Notes under the pieces: model-generated
Told to the model about the DNA's origin: nothing
What the model saw: the letters and a program-made list of their open reading frames with translations, nothing else
Databases searched by the model: none
Shown: positions 41,034 to 49,546 of the stretch, one piece after another
How the letters are laid out: each line of letters starts with the position of its first letter
Position numbering within the stretch: the stretch's first letter is position 1
DNA from: Nitrospinota bacterium
GTDB taxonomy: Bacteria > UBA8248
Direction of reading: 5' to 3'
Assembly: GCA_046581755.1 (NCBI GenBank)
Contig: JAYGFR010000041.1
Coordinates: forward strand, 1-50,908
Length of the DNA: 50,908 nt
Made by a program: the position numbers and the translations under genes

Positions 41034-41876
41034 ATGACCGAGGAGAGGAGCCTGCGGCCGCTCTCAAGCTATCTGGAGTTCGGGTGGCGGCTCCATTGGG
41101 AGGATTTCTCTCAGCTGACGGCCTGGGCGCTGGGCGCCTATTTGCCGCTCTCGATTTTGACCCTTTATATCCAGCCTCCCGTCGAGATGATATTTAAGGG
41201 CGCGGAACAGGCCCTCCCGCTCCTCCCGCGCATATTTGCCGCCCAAGTAATCCTCCGTGTTCTCGAAACCTTCGTATTGGTCTTGATCATATTGAGAATT
41301 GAAGCCAGGCGGAATGGGGACGAGAATATCTGGGACATCGAGGAGGCTTTTTCGCGGATACGCAGGGTCGCCACGGTGGATCTGGCCTATTTCGTCGGAA
41401 TCCAGGCCATCACGGTTTTGGTCTTTTGGCTGGGCCTGTTGCTGGCCTCCATGTTCATTGGTTCCGGTCCCCCGAGTTTTTATTTTGCCATATCGGTGGC
41501 GGCCTTCGTGAGCATCGGGGCGGCGGTCCGGTATTATTTTGCCTCGCTGATTGCTCTGCTTCATGGGACTTCTTTTTCGGAATCTTTTCGGATGGCCGGG
41601 GCGGTTTCATCCGGCGGCGAGCGCCTCATCGTCACCATCGTCATGACGTATATGGCGGTCCGGTACATGATGTTGCCTTATTTTTTTAGCAAGGTATTCG
41701 GAGGCGATATATTCGGCCAGGTCATGATCCAGGCGGGCTTTATCGCCACCTCGATCCCGTATTATCTGGCGGGCTATCTTCTGTATCTGGATCTCGCGCC
41801 AGCCGCCAAGGAGCAGGTCACGCTCAGCCGGGAGGCGATCAAAGAGGTGCCGGACGATATTTCCCCGGACGAGTAA
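41034..41876 (+). CDS. Hypothetical integral membrane protein
   Basis: About six hydrophobic segments; GGAG SD; no family recognised. Confidence 0.7.
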   Translation: MTEERSLRPLSSYLEFGWRLHWEDFSQLTAWALGAYLPLSILTLYIQPPVEMIFKGAEQALPLLPRIFAAQVILRVLETFVLVLIILRIEARRNGDENIWDIEEAFSRIRRVATVDLAYFVGIQAITVLVFWLGLLLASMFIGSGPPSFYFAISVAAFVSIGAAVRYYFASLIALLHGTSFSESFRMAGAVSSGGERLIVTIVMTYMAVRYMMLPYFFSKVFGGDIFGQVMIQAGFIATSIPYYLAGYLLYLDLAPAAKEQVTLSREAIKEVPDDISPDE

Positions 41877-41904
41877 AACGGACCCGGGCCCGGGGGGAGC
41901 CGAA

Positions 41905-42687
41905 TTAAATCCTAATGTCCAGCGTCAACCCGTCGTAGGCCAATTCCACCCCCTTGGGCAGATTCCGGTTGGTTTCGTGGAATTCCAGTTCGTAGTTGGT
42001 ATGGGTGAAGTATGTTTTTTCGGGCTTCAGCCGATCCACGATTTCCAGCGCCTGCTTGATCGTCAGGTGGGAGGGGTGCTCCCGGTGCCTGAGCGCATCG
42101 AGGATCAGCACCCGGACACCCTTGAGGATTTCCATCGATTCGGGCGGGATCGAACTGCAATCCGTCGCATAGGCGAAATCGCCGACCCGGATTCCCATCA
42201 CCCGTATCCCGCCGTGTTCCATGTCGAATGGGCGAACCTTCATTCCTCCAGTCTCGAAAGGCTCGGTGCCCACCTCCTCGAGCGTCAGCCTCGGTTTGAA
42301 TCCGACGTAATGATTTTCGTCCGAAAAAATATAGCTGAAATTCGCCCGGATGATTTTCGCCGATTCGGGGTGGGCATAGCAGGGGATCGATTTTTTCATG
42401 ATGAAATTGAACACCCGCAAATCGTCGATTCCGTTGGTATGGTCGGCGTGATAGTGGGTGTAAACGACGGCATCGACGCGGCGTAATCCATGCTGCAAGG
42501 CTTGTTGCCGCAGGTCGGGGCCGGTATCGACCAACAGGTTCGAATCCCCGTTTTCGATGAGAATGCTGGGGCGGAGACGCTTGTTGCGGGGATCGTCCGA
42601 GAGGCAAACGGGATCAAGGCAACCGATAGCCGGAACGCCGGTCGAGGTTCCGCATCCGAGAACAACAACACGCGCCGGTTTGCTCAC
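41905..42687 (-). CDS. MBL-fold metallo-hydrolase (PhnP-like phosphodiesterase)
   Basis: LGCGTSTGVP.IGC, DTGPDLRQQ, THYHADHTNGIDDLR, YATD, AYDG. Confidence 0.9.
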   Translation of the reverse strand: MSKPARVVVLGCGTSTGVPAIGCLDPVCLSDDPRNKRLRPSILIENGDSNLLVDTGPDLRQQALQHGLRRVDAVVYTHYHADHTNGIDDLRVFNFIMKKSIPCYAHPESAKIIRANFSYIFSDENHYVGFKPRLTLEEVGTEPFETGGMKVRPFDMEHGGIRVMGIRVGDFAYATDCSSIPPESMEILKGVRVLILDALRHREHPSHLTIKQALEIVDRLKPEKTYFTHTNYELEFHETNRNLPKGVELAYDGLTLDIRI

Positions 42688-43739
42688 GCAACAGCCTCAG
42701 CCAGCGCCGCCACCCCTTTGTCCACGTCCTCGCGGGAAATGTCGATGTGGGTGACCGCTCGAAGCATGGTTTTTCCGGGAACCGATAGAGCGACACCCCG
42801 ATCTTTGAGGCGCTCCGAGATTTCGCGGGCGGTTTTGCCCGAATCGGCGACGTCGAGATACACGATATTCGTCGGGGTGGTTTCGTAGACGTGACGCACG
42901 CCGGGAATTCCCGAGGTGAGTTCGGAGAAACGCTGGGCGTTTTGATGGTCCTCGGCAAGCCGTGCTACGTGGTGATCGAGCGCATGAATCCCGGCCGCGG
43001 CCAGAATGCCCGCCTGGCGCCAGCCGCCACCCAGGATTTTGCGGCGTTTCCGCGCCTCCCGGATAAAGTCCTCGCTTCCCATCAGGATGGATCCCACCGG
43101 GCATCCCAGGCCTTTGGACAAACAAAAGCTGATCGAATCGCACTGCGCGCCCCATTCGGCGGGTCCGATGCCCGAAGCAACGATGGCGTTGAATATTCGC
43201 GCGCCGTCGATATGAAGCGGAATCCCATGGCTGTTGGCAAAGGTGCGAAGCTCCTTGATTCGATCGATGGGAAAAATCTGGCCGCCGCCGGCGTTGTGGG
43301 TATTTTCCACCCATAGAATGGCGCTCCGGGGGAGCCGCTCGGCCACCGGATGAAATGCGTCCTCGGCTTCTTTCCGTGAATATACGCCCCGGTCCGCGGT
43401 GACGAATGAAAACTGAATCCTCGAAATCACGGCGGCGGCGGCCAACTCGCTCCGGTAGGGGTGACAGCCCGCGTCGGCGATGATCTCCTCGCCCGGCCGG
43501 GTGTACACGTTGATGGCGATTTGGTTGGCCTGGGTGCCCGTGGGAACGAAAAGGGCGGCTTCTTTTCCGAATAAAGCGGCTGCCTTCTCCAGAAGGTCGT
43601 TGACCGTGGGGTCCTCTCCCGAGGAATCGTCGCCCACGGCCGCCCCGGCCATGGCCTCCCGCATCTCGGGCGTCGGCCGGGTGGCGGTATCGCTCCTCAA
43701 GTCGATCAGGGGGTGATTCACGAAAAGCGCTCCGTTCAT
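42684..43739 (-). CDS. ltaE: Low-specificity L-threonine aldolase (PLP)
   Basis: DLRSDT.TRPT, GDD, ENTHN, HIDGARIFNA, CLSKGLGCPVGS, GGGWRQAG. Confidence 0.92.
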   Translation of the reverse strand: MNGALFVNHPLIDLRSDTATRPTPEMREAMAGAAVGDDSSGEDPTVNDLLEKAAALFGKEAALFVPTGTQANQIAINVYTRPGEEIIADAGCHPYRSELAAAAVISRIQFSFVTADRGVYSRKEAEDAFHPVAERLPRSAILWVENTHNAGGGQIFPIDRIKELRTFANSHGIPLHIDGARIFNAIVASGIGPAEWGAQCDSISFCLSKGLGCPVGSILMGSEDFIREARKRRKILGGGWRQAGILAAAGIHALDHHVARLAEDHQNAQRFSELTSGIPGVRHVYETTPTNIVYLDVADSGKTAREISERLKDRGVALSVPGKTMLRAVTHIDISREDVDKGVAALAEAVA

Positions 43740-43751
43740 TCTAGAGGCGGC

Positions 43752-45776
43752 TCAGTTTTTTTCTTCCTCGACATATTCGACGTCTTCAAAAGCATCGATG
43801 CTTTGGTAGACCCGTTGTTTGATGAATATGTCCACCAGCTCGGGGCAAAGATGATTGTCCTTGACCTCGTATTTTAGAATTTGGATGGCTTTCTCGAGCG
43901 GGGCGGCTTTTTTGTATGGGCGGTCCGAGGCGGTCAGGGCGTCGAATATATCGCAAACGCACATCATCCTGGCCTGGAGAACGATTTCCTCTTCATGGAG
44001 CTTGCGGGGATAGCCTTCGCCGTTGAGCTTTTCGTGGTGCCCGTGGGCGATTTCGGGAACTCCGCGCAATTCTTTTATCCAGGGGATTTGAACGAGAAAA
44101 TTATAGCTGTGGGCAACGTGGGACTGAATTTCCGCATACTCGGATTTTGTCAGGTTTCCCCTTTTGATGGTCAGGCAGTTCAATTCGTATGGGGTCAGGT
44201 AGGGTTTCTCGGATCCGTCGAAATCGGTGTAGGTCATTTCCCCCAGTTCGAGCAACTCGTCGAACTCCCCCTCCGGCATCATGGTCGGAATATCGAAACG
44301 GAGGACCAGATCGATCAGGTGGTCCGTCTGCTCCAAGCGTTGCTCCAGTTCGGCCTGAAGCTTTTTGACTTCATCATTTTCGCCGGCGAGAGCGAAGCGA
44401 AGCATCTTTTCCTGAAAATCGACCTGAATGCACCGTTTCACAAACTGGAACCTGTTCTTGACGACTTCAAGCTCCAGCGGATAGAGCTTGTTCGCTTTGA
44501 CGAGCACGCTTTCCCGAACCCCGATCTTTCCAAAGTCATGCAGAAGCCCGGCGTAGCGGAGTTCTTTCATCTGCTCGTCGGAGTAGGAGACATCCGCGTA
44601 CCGGCCCGTTTTCGTCCGGCTGACGGCTTTGGCCAACGAGCACGTCAACTCCGTTACGCGTTCCGAGTGACCGGAGGTCGTCGGGTCCCGTTGCTCGATG
44701 GCCTGCACCGATGCCTTGACCAGGCCCTCGAAGGTCTTCTCGATGCTTTCGAGGAGCATGGTATTCTCAAGCGCCACCGCGGCTTGGCTCGCCAGCGATT
44801 GAATGATCTGCTGGATGGCCGGATCGAAAGGAATCACATGCTTCTCTGCCGCCGCGGAATCCGGAAGTAAAATTTCCGCCGAGGGCTTGGCGTTGATGAG
44901 CTGAAGGACGCCGATGATCTCGTTCAGGTGATCGGTCATCGGGACGACGAGCATGGACATGCACCGGTAGCCGACACTCTGATCGAAACTCGAATTGAAG
45001 CTGTATTCCACGCCCTCGGAAATCTGGTAGACGTCCGGGATATTGAGCGATTCCCCGGTCACGGCGACGAAGCCCGAAATGCTCGCCTTGGTGGCGGGCA
45101 TGATAAATTCCTTGAACGGAATTTTTTTCGAATCGTTCTGGGTATGTTTGAAGCGGAGGCTCCTATCGCCCTCGGGGGACTCCTCGACCAGGTAAAGACT
45201 GCCCGCGTCCGCGTTGGTGAGTTCGCGGCTTCTCGTCAAAATCAGGTCCAGCAACTTGCTGTTGTTCCTCTCGGTGGTCAGAGCGAGGCCGATTTGTGTC
45301 AGATTTTCCAGGTTCCGCGATATGATTTTGCGGTGATTCTCCTCCTGGTGCGAGGCCAGCCGGTAGGCGGCGTGGCGAAAACTGGCTCGAAGAGAGATGA
45401 GCAAAGGTCCGGTGGAAATGGGTTTTTGAACGATTCCCGAAATAAGGCTGGACTGCGCATGGTCATGGTGATTCCCGTTTCCGGAGGGTTCAATCAGGAC
45501 AACCGCCACGGGAGCGCCGTCCTTGCAGACTTCGTCCAGTTTCGGGATATCTTCCGCGTCGCTGGAATCTCCGTCAATCAGAATGACGCTCAGGGTGTCG
45601 GAATCGGGGTTTATTTTGGCCACGGAAATAAACTCTTTCAGGGAGATGCCGTTTTGGCCAAAAAAATCGCTCCATTCGTCCGGGGAGAAATCCGGAGAAT
45701 GGTATATGGTCTTTGAGAACTGGGTTTGAATCTCCTCGACGCTGCTGGAGGAGTTTCCGGGCGGTTCCTGGCTCAT
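43752..45776 (-). CDS. GAF + HD-GYP cyclic-dinucleotide phosphodiesterase with degenerate receiver-like N-terminus
   Basis: ADAGSLYL...SMLVVPM...GVLQLIN (GAF); GHSERV, LLHDFGK, HHEKLNGEGYP, DIFDALTASDRPYK. Start could be 45827. Confidence 0.9.
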   Translation of the reverse strand: MSQEPPGNSSSSVEEIQTQFSKTIYHSPDFSPDEWSDFFGQNGISLKEFISVAKINPDSDTLSVILIDGDSSDAEDIPKLDEVCKDGAPVAVVLIEPSGNGNHHDHAQSSLISGIVQKPISTGPLLISLRASFRHAAYRLASHQEENHRKIISRNLENLTQIGLALTTERNNSKLLDLILTRSRELTNADAGSLYLVEESPEGDRSLRFKHTQNDSKKIPFKEFIMPATKASISGFVAVTGESLNIPDVYQISEGVEYSFNSSFDQSVGYRCMSMLVVPMTDHLNEIIGVLQLINAKPSAEILLPDSAAAEKHVIPFDPAIQQIIQSLASQAAVALENTMLLESIEKTFEGLVKASVQAIEQRDPTTSGHSERVTELTCSLAKAVSRTKTGRYADVSYSDEQMKELRYAGLLHDFGKIGVRESVLVKANKLYPLELEVVKNRFQFVKRCIQVDFQEKMLRFALAGENDEVKKLQAELEQRLEQTDHLIDLVLRFDIPTMMPEGEFDELLELGEMTYTDFDGSEKPYLTPYELNCLTIKRGNLTKSEYAEIQSHVAHSYNFLVQIPWIKELRGVPEIAHGHHEKLNGEGYPRKLHEEEIVLQARMMCVCDIFDALTASDRPYKKAAPLEKAIQILKYEVKDNHLCPELVDIFIKQRVYQSIDAFEDVEYVEEEKN

Positions 45777-45981
45777 CGCATTTCCGCCTAATGAACGAAA
45801 CTCTCTGAGATGGAGCGTTTTCTCCACTGTCTACTGTATCATTTTTTTCTGATTGGGGACGAATGTCAATCATGTCAACTTCCCCGAAAATCGCCGGAAA
45901 GCGGTCATCGCGGCGGAGGGCGGCGGAAGTAACGGCGGCGCTTGCGGCCGGCATCCGGAGGAAGCGTTGAATTCCGAGATT

Positions 45982-47100
45982 ATGACGCCCGGCGAGGCCG
46001 TCCGGGCGAGGGCGTACCAGATGAAACGCCTGTGGCTGGGTATTTCCGGCTCATTGGCGGAATTTGCGGTTACCGCAATCTTTTGGTTTCTAGTTCCGGA
46101 GGGGTGGTTCCAGGCCGCGGGGGGGGCGGTTTTCGCTTCGGGGCTGGTTTATTTTTGCGCTCTTGTGCTGGCGCAAAATATGTTGGTATTTCCGATCGAT
46201 TATATCGCCGGGTTCCGTCTCCCCCACGAGGCCGGCCTTTCGAATGAATCTTTTAGAGGCTGGTTGATGGACCGGGGGAAAAGTCTGGGGTTGATTTTTC
46301 TCATCGGTGGGACGGCCGCGGGAGCGTTTGTTCAAATCATGGCCGAGTGGCCGGACGATTGGTGGTGGATTTCCGCTGGGTCGGGAATCGTTTTTGTGAT
46401 TTTCATGGCGGCGATCGCGCCGGTTCTGCTCGCCCCGATTTTTTTTCGTTTCAAGCCGGTTTCCGATTCGGCCCTTCGGGAGCGCCTGGAATATTTACTG
46501 GTGCGGATGGGGGTCCGTGTACGGGGCGGAATCTGGGAAATGGATATGAGCCGCCGCACGACCGCCGTCAATGCCGCATTGGTCGGATGGGGACCGTCAC
46601 GGAGAGTCATCCTGGGCGACACGCTTTTGGGTTTTCGGCCGGAGGAAATCGAGGCCATTCTGGCGCACGAACTGGCCCACCACGCGGGGCATCATATCTG
46701 GCTGCTCATGGCGGGGCGCTCCGTGGCTCTCGCGGCGGGACTTTTTTTGGCGCACCGGATATTCATGGCGCCGGAGATATTCGCTTCGATCGGGGCGGCG
46801 CCTCCCGCTCCCGGGGCCTCCTCCTCGATTGGCGCCGTGTGGCTTGTTTTGGCCTTATGGGGGGCCGCCCTCGCGCCTTGGCAGCGGGCGCTTTCCAGAC
46901 GGCTTGAATTTTGGTGCGACCGCTTCGCGGTCAGGCATACCGGCGGGGCGGAGGCGATGTCTTCGGCGCTGGGGAATTTGTGCAAAAAAAATCTGGCCGA
47001 TCCTTCTCCCCTGGCCTGGGTCGTATTCTGGTTTCACTCCCACCCATCCATCGAGGAGCGGATAGAGAGAGCGAGGCGGGGATCGGAAGAATCGCGGTGA
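45982..47100 (+). CDS. M48 family (Ste24/HtpX-like) membrane metalloprotease
   Basis: DMSRRT..NAALVG.G..RRVILGDTLL, ILAHELAH, EFWCDRFA, SHPSIEERI. Confidence 0.9.
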   Translation: MTPGEAVRARAYQMKRLWLGISGSLAEFAVTAIFWFLVPEGWFQAAGGAVFASGLVYFCALVLAQNMLVFPIDYIAGFRLPHEAGLSNESFRGWLMDRGKSLGLIFLIGGTAAGAFVQIMAEWPDDWWWISAGSGIVFVIFMAAIAPVLLAPIFFRFKPVSDSALRERLEYLLVRMGVRVRGGIWEMDMSRRTTAVNAALVGWGPSRRVILGDTLLGFRPEEIEAILAHELAHHAGHHIWLLMAGRSVALAAGLFLAHRIFMAPEIFASIGAAPPAPGASSSIGAVWLVLALWGAALAPWQRALSRRLEFWCDRFAVRHTGGAEAMSSALGNLCKKNLADPSPLAWVVFWFHSHPSIEERIERARRGSEESR

Positions 47101-47275
47101 GGATAGCTGGCTGCTCCGTCCGGATGGCCGCTCCGTCTGGATGGGAGATTGTCCGCCCCGGACGGAGGGATGGATTCGGCCCGTCGTCCGGACGGCGGGC
47201 TTGGGATTCCATTTCCAGGGGAGGGAGAAGCGGGAGCCCGTATTTTGAGAGTTCCGCGAAAATCCCGGCATTTTC

Positions 47276-47320
47276 GGCGGCATTTCGGCAAATTTGGCGG
47301 TATTTCGGCAAATTCGGCGG
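47276..47320. repeat. 20-bp tandem repeat (about 2.25 copies)
   Basis: ggcggcatttcggcaaattt / ggcggtatttcggcaaattc / ggcgg. Confidence 0.7.
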
Positions 47321-47357
47321 AGGTGTTTCGAAATATTTCGGGTAGGGGGGTGGTTGA

Positions 47358-47618
47358 CTACGAAAATCCGTTGTTCAGGGATATGTGCGAATAAAGGATT
47401 CCCGCGCCGCTGTCCGGCGGAGGGAACTGCCCGTTCAGTAGGTTGTGGAGGTTGAATTTCGCCATCTCGGCCGTCTTTGGAGATTCTTCTATAGATGGCT
47501 TCTGGCCGGTCGCGCTGTCCAGGAGACGCGAGAAGCCTGGATCGGGCGAGGAGGCGGGCGGAGGGGCATTCAGCGCATCTCCATTCGTGTCTGTAATCGA
47601 TGTGATATCCACGCCCAT
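47358..47618 (-). CDS. Small hypothetical protein (86 aa)
   Basis: AGGAG SD 9 nt before the ATG and a sigma28-like promoter upstream. Confidence 0.65.
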   Translation of the reverse strand: MGVDITSITDTNGDALNAPPPASSPDPGFSRLLDSATGQKPSIEESPKTAEMAKFNLHNLLNGQFPPPDSGAGILYSHISLNNGFS

Positions 47619-47658
47619 CTCAAGGCTCTCCTGTGAAACAGGTCAACTCTTATTGTGC

Positions 47659-47685
47659 CTATCGGCACATAGGCTCTGAACTTTA
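47659..47685 (-). promoter_or_regulatory. Sigma28 (FliA/SigD)-type promoter
   Basis: Minus strand TAAAGTTC-N11-GCCGATAG vs consensus TAAAGTTT-N11-GCCGATAA. Confidence 0.75.
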
Positions 47686-47736
47686 CCTGAAATCATCCAT
47701 TTCTCATGGATTGAGACAGTCCGGATTTGGCGGGGA

Positions 47737-48663
47737 TTACGGGCGAACCCCTTTGGGGATCTTGGGGCGAAGGTGTTTTAGCATGAACGGGACTACCCAT
47801 CGCCTGATCGAGAGATGGCCCGGGCGGAACTCCCGCAGGCGGCCCCGGGTTGTGACGAAGCGGTGCGGGAGGCCCCTTTTTTCAAGGGCGCCGGCAAGTC
47901 TTATGGCCTCCGAGAAGGGGAATCTTTTCGAATCCTTTGAGTGGATGATCAAGACCGGACCCTGCAGGTTTCCCGCCTCGTGGATAGGGGAGCGGACCCG
48001 GTATGTTCCCGGCTTCTCGCGAGGGCTGCCGCCGAGAAGAGAGCGCAAGCGCTCTCGGAGGGCCGGGGGGAGTTTCGGATAGGCTTTGTCCAGGCCGTAC
48101 ACCCCGTTTTCCAGGGCAGCGGGATGGAAATTCCGGCTGCGGATGGCGGCAAGGAGAGCGGCCGTGGCCCCCTGGCCGATTCCATAGATTCCGATGCCGC
48201 CCGTGCGGACATCCTGCCGGGAGGCCAGGTATTTGACGGCCTCGAGGACGGCCCTCACGGATCGCGGCCCGGCGAAATCCTCCGGCCCGGTGGAATCTCC
48301 GAATCCCGGCAAAGAGATGCTCATCGCCGTAAACCCCATGCCGGCGAGGCGAAACATCGTCCGGCGGAAGCGCTGCGCCCGCGATTTGCCCGCATGAATC
48401 AAAAGGAGAGCGGGGCGCGGCCCATTGCCCGGGGGCCATACGGCGAGGGCCTCGATTCTCCCCCCGTCCAGGGGAAGGAACCACTCCTTGACCCGGTCCC
48501 CTCCCGGGGTTTGGGTCTCATACCCCCCCTGGCCGCACCCGGCGAGGGCGAGGGCCAGGAGGAGGTTGGCTGGCCAAAGACCCCCAGCGGACCAAAGACC
48601 CCCGGCGGGCCGAAACCCCCTATAGGGCGAATATTTCGAAACACCCCCCCTCGCCGCGCGCAT
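47737..48663 (-). CDS. Lipoprotein with S9/alpha-beta hydrolase fold, catalytic residues apparently degenerate
   Basis: Lipobox LALAGC; PALLLIH, SLPGFGDSTG..DFAGP, RSPIH...GPVLIIH; nucleophile elbow reads GIGQG. Start uncertain. Confidence 0.75.
   Translation of the reverse strand: MRAARGGVSKYSPYRGFRPAGGLWSAGGLWPANLLLALALAGCGQGGYETQTPGGDRVKEWFLPLDGGRIEALAVWPPGNGPRPALLLIHAGKSRAQRFRRTMFRLAGMGFTAMSISLPGFGDSTGPEDFAGPRSVRAVLEAVKYLASRQDVRTGGIGIYGIGQGATAALLAAIRSRNFHPAALENGVYGLDKAYPKLPPALRERLRSLLGGSPREKPGTYRVRSPIHEAGNLQGPVLIIHSKDSKRFPFSEAIRLAGALEKRGLPHRFVTTRGRLREFRPGHLSIRRWVVPFMLKHLRPKIPKGVRP
48572..48625. repeat. 18-bp tandem repeat (about 3 copies) in the signal-peptide region
   Basis: ggccaaagacccccagcg / gaccaaagacccccggcg / ggccgaaaccccctatag, encoding AGGLWS-AGGLWP. 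Confidence 0.65.
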
Positions 48664-48834
48664 TTCCCCCCCATATTCGCGCATCACCGCCAACTCCCCC
48701 GGCGCCCTTTTCCGGCATTTCCCCGCACAACCCCTCCCATTTCCCGCATCTCCGCGCAAAACCCCCACGGTCTCCTTTAAAAGCGAAACACCCATACCAT
48801 GTCCGCCCCCCCCGGCAAAACGCGGAAAAAACCC

Positions 48835-48863
48835 TTGCAATACTAGGATATTCGTATTATATT
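48835..48863 (+). promoter_or_regulatory. Putative sigma70 promoter
   Basis: TTGCAA-17 bp-TATATT, overlapped by ATATTCGT repeats. Confidence 0.55.
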
Positions 48864-49103
48864 CGTTATTGGCGATTAGTTGGTACGAATAACGACGAGA
48901 TTCGTATATATAGGCTGTGAATCTGACAAATAACACCATATATTGTGTGTAGATGTTAAAGGTCCCCCCTCAACCGGATTATATTCGTTTATGGTGAACG
49001 AATATAACGAATGAACGACGAAATTGTGCATATATAGGTGGCGAAAAAGGAAAATGGTACCATATATTGTGTGTGGATGCTAACGGCGCCCCTCATCCAG
49101 CCG
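48856..49103 (+). repeat. AT-rich imperfect tandem duplication (about 122-bp period, 2 copies)
   Basis: Both copies read ATTATATTCGTT...AACGACGA...ATATATAGG...ACCATATATTGTGTGT.GATG.TAA.GG...CCCCTCA; copies start at 48856 and 48978. Confidence 0.85.
48901..49072. promoter_or_regulatory. Two pairs of NrdR-box-like sites (48901/48933 and 49025/49057)
   Basis: ACACCATATATTGTGT and GTACCATATATTGTGT match acaCwAtATaTwGtgt; each has a weaker partner exactly 32 bp upstream. Confidence 0.55.
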
Positions 49104-49107
49104 ATAC
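49081..49107 (+). promoter_or_regulatory. Sigma28-like promoter
   Basis: TAAC-N15-GCCGATAC. Confidence 0.45.
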
Positions 49108-49163
49108 AAAGTTCAGGCCGATACAAGGTTCAGAAAGGTTCAGGAAGGTTTAGGAAAGTTCAG
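49100..49163 (+). repeat. 17-bp (x2) plus 10-bp (x3) tandem repeats with a RGTTCAG core
   Basis: gccgatacaaagttcag / gccgatacaaggttcag / aaaggttcag / gaaggtttag / gaaagttcag. Confidence 0.75.
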
Positions 49164-49245
49164 GGGGGCGAGTGGCCCCAGCCTCTTTGCCCGTTTCGAA
49201 GCCGCCGAAACGAACCAAGGCCGAAACGACACAGGGAGAATAATC

Positions 49246-49545
49246 ATGACGCCCAGAACCGGTACCCGGAACCCGAAACGAATCAACCTGGCCTGCCTCG
49301 ACAACCTCAACCGCTACCTCACCGGCGGCCTCTCCTTCCGCGAGTGGGAGCGCCGCCAGGAAGAACTCGAAAGCCGCCTCACCCCCGCCCCCGAGCTGCC
49401 CTTCGCCGAATCCATTCCAGGAATCGGTTTCCCGCCAGCGGGCGGTCCGTCCGCGTTTTTCCCGCGCCCCAAAGCTCTCCCGTCTCTATCTCGGAAACTA
49501 GAAATCAGAGCATCTTCCGGCGGGGATGAGAAGGATAACCTTTAG
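49246..49545 (+). CDS. Small hypothetical protein (99 aa)
   Basis: AGGGAG SD 7 nt before the ATG; gene-like C/G-ending codons in the first half. Confidence 0.6.
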   Translation: MTPRTGTRNPKRINLACLDNLNRYLTGGLSFREWERRQEELESRLTPAPELPFAESIPGIGFPPAGGPSAFFPRPKALPSLSRKLEIRASSGGDEKDNL

Positions 49546-49546
49546 C

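Noticed and set aside
45863..45877. Tandem TTGACA on the minus strand upstream of the HD-GYP gene
   Set aside because: No convincing -10 at the correct spacing; cannot be supported as a promoter or operator.
48664..48939. Long N-terminal extension of the hydrolase ORF (400-aa call)
   Set aside because: It runs through AT-rich regulatory repeats and C-rich low-complexity DNA; the lipobox implies a start much closer to 48663.
48934..48961. dif-like site (ATGTTAAA)
   Set aside because: Only a partial XerD-arm match, and the XerC arm does not fit; better explained as part of the duplicated unit.
48856..49163. Possible CRISPR array or replication origin
   Set aside because: Only two long diverged units with no unique spacers, no cas genes, and no TTATCCACA DnaA boxes or rep gene seen.
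49109..49163. Alphaproteobacterial-type LexA box (GTTC-N7-GTTC)
   Set aside because: The GTTC spacing here is N6 or N13, not N7.
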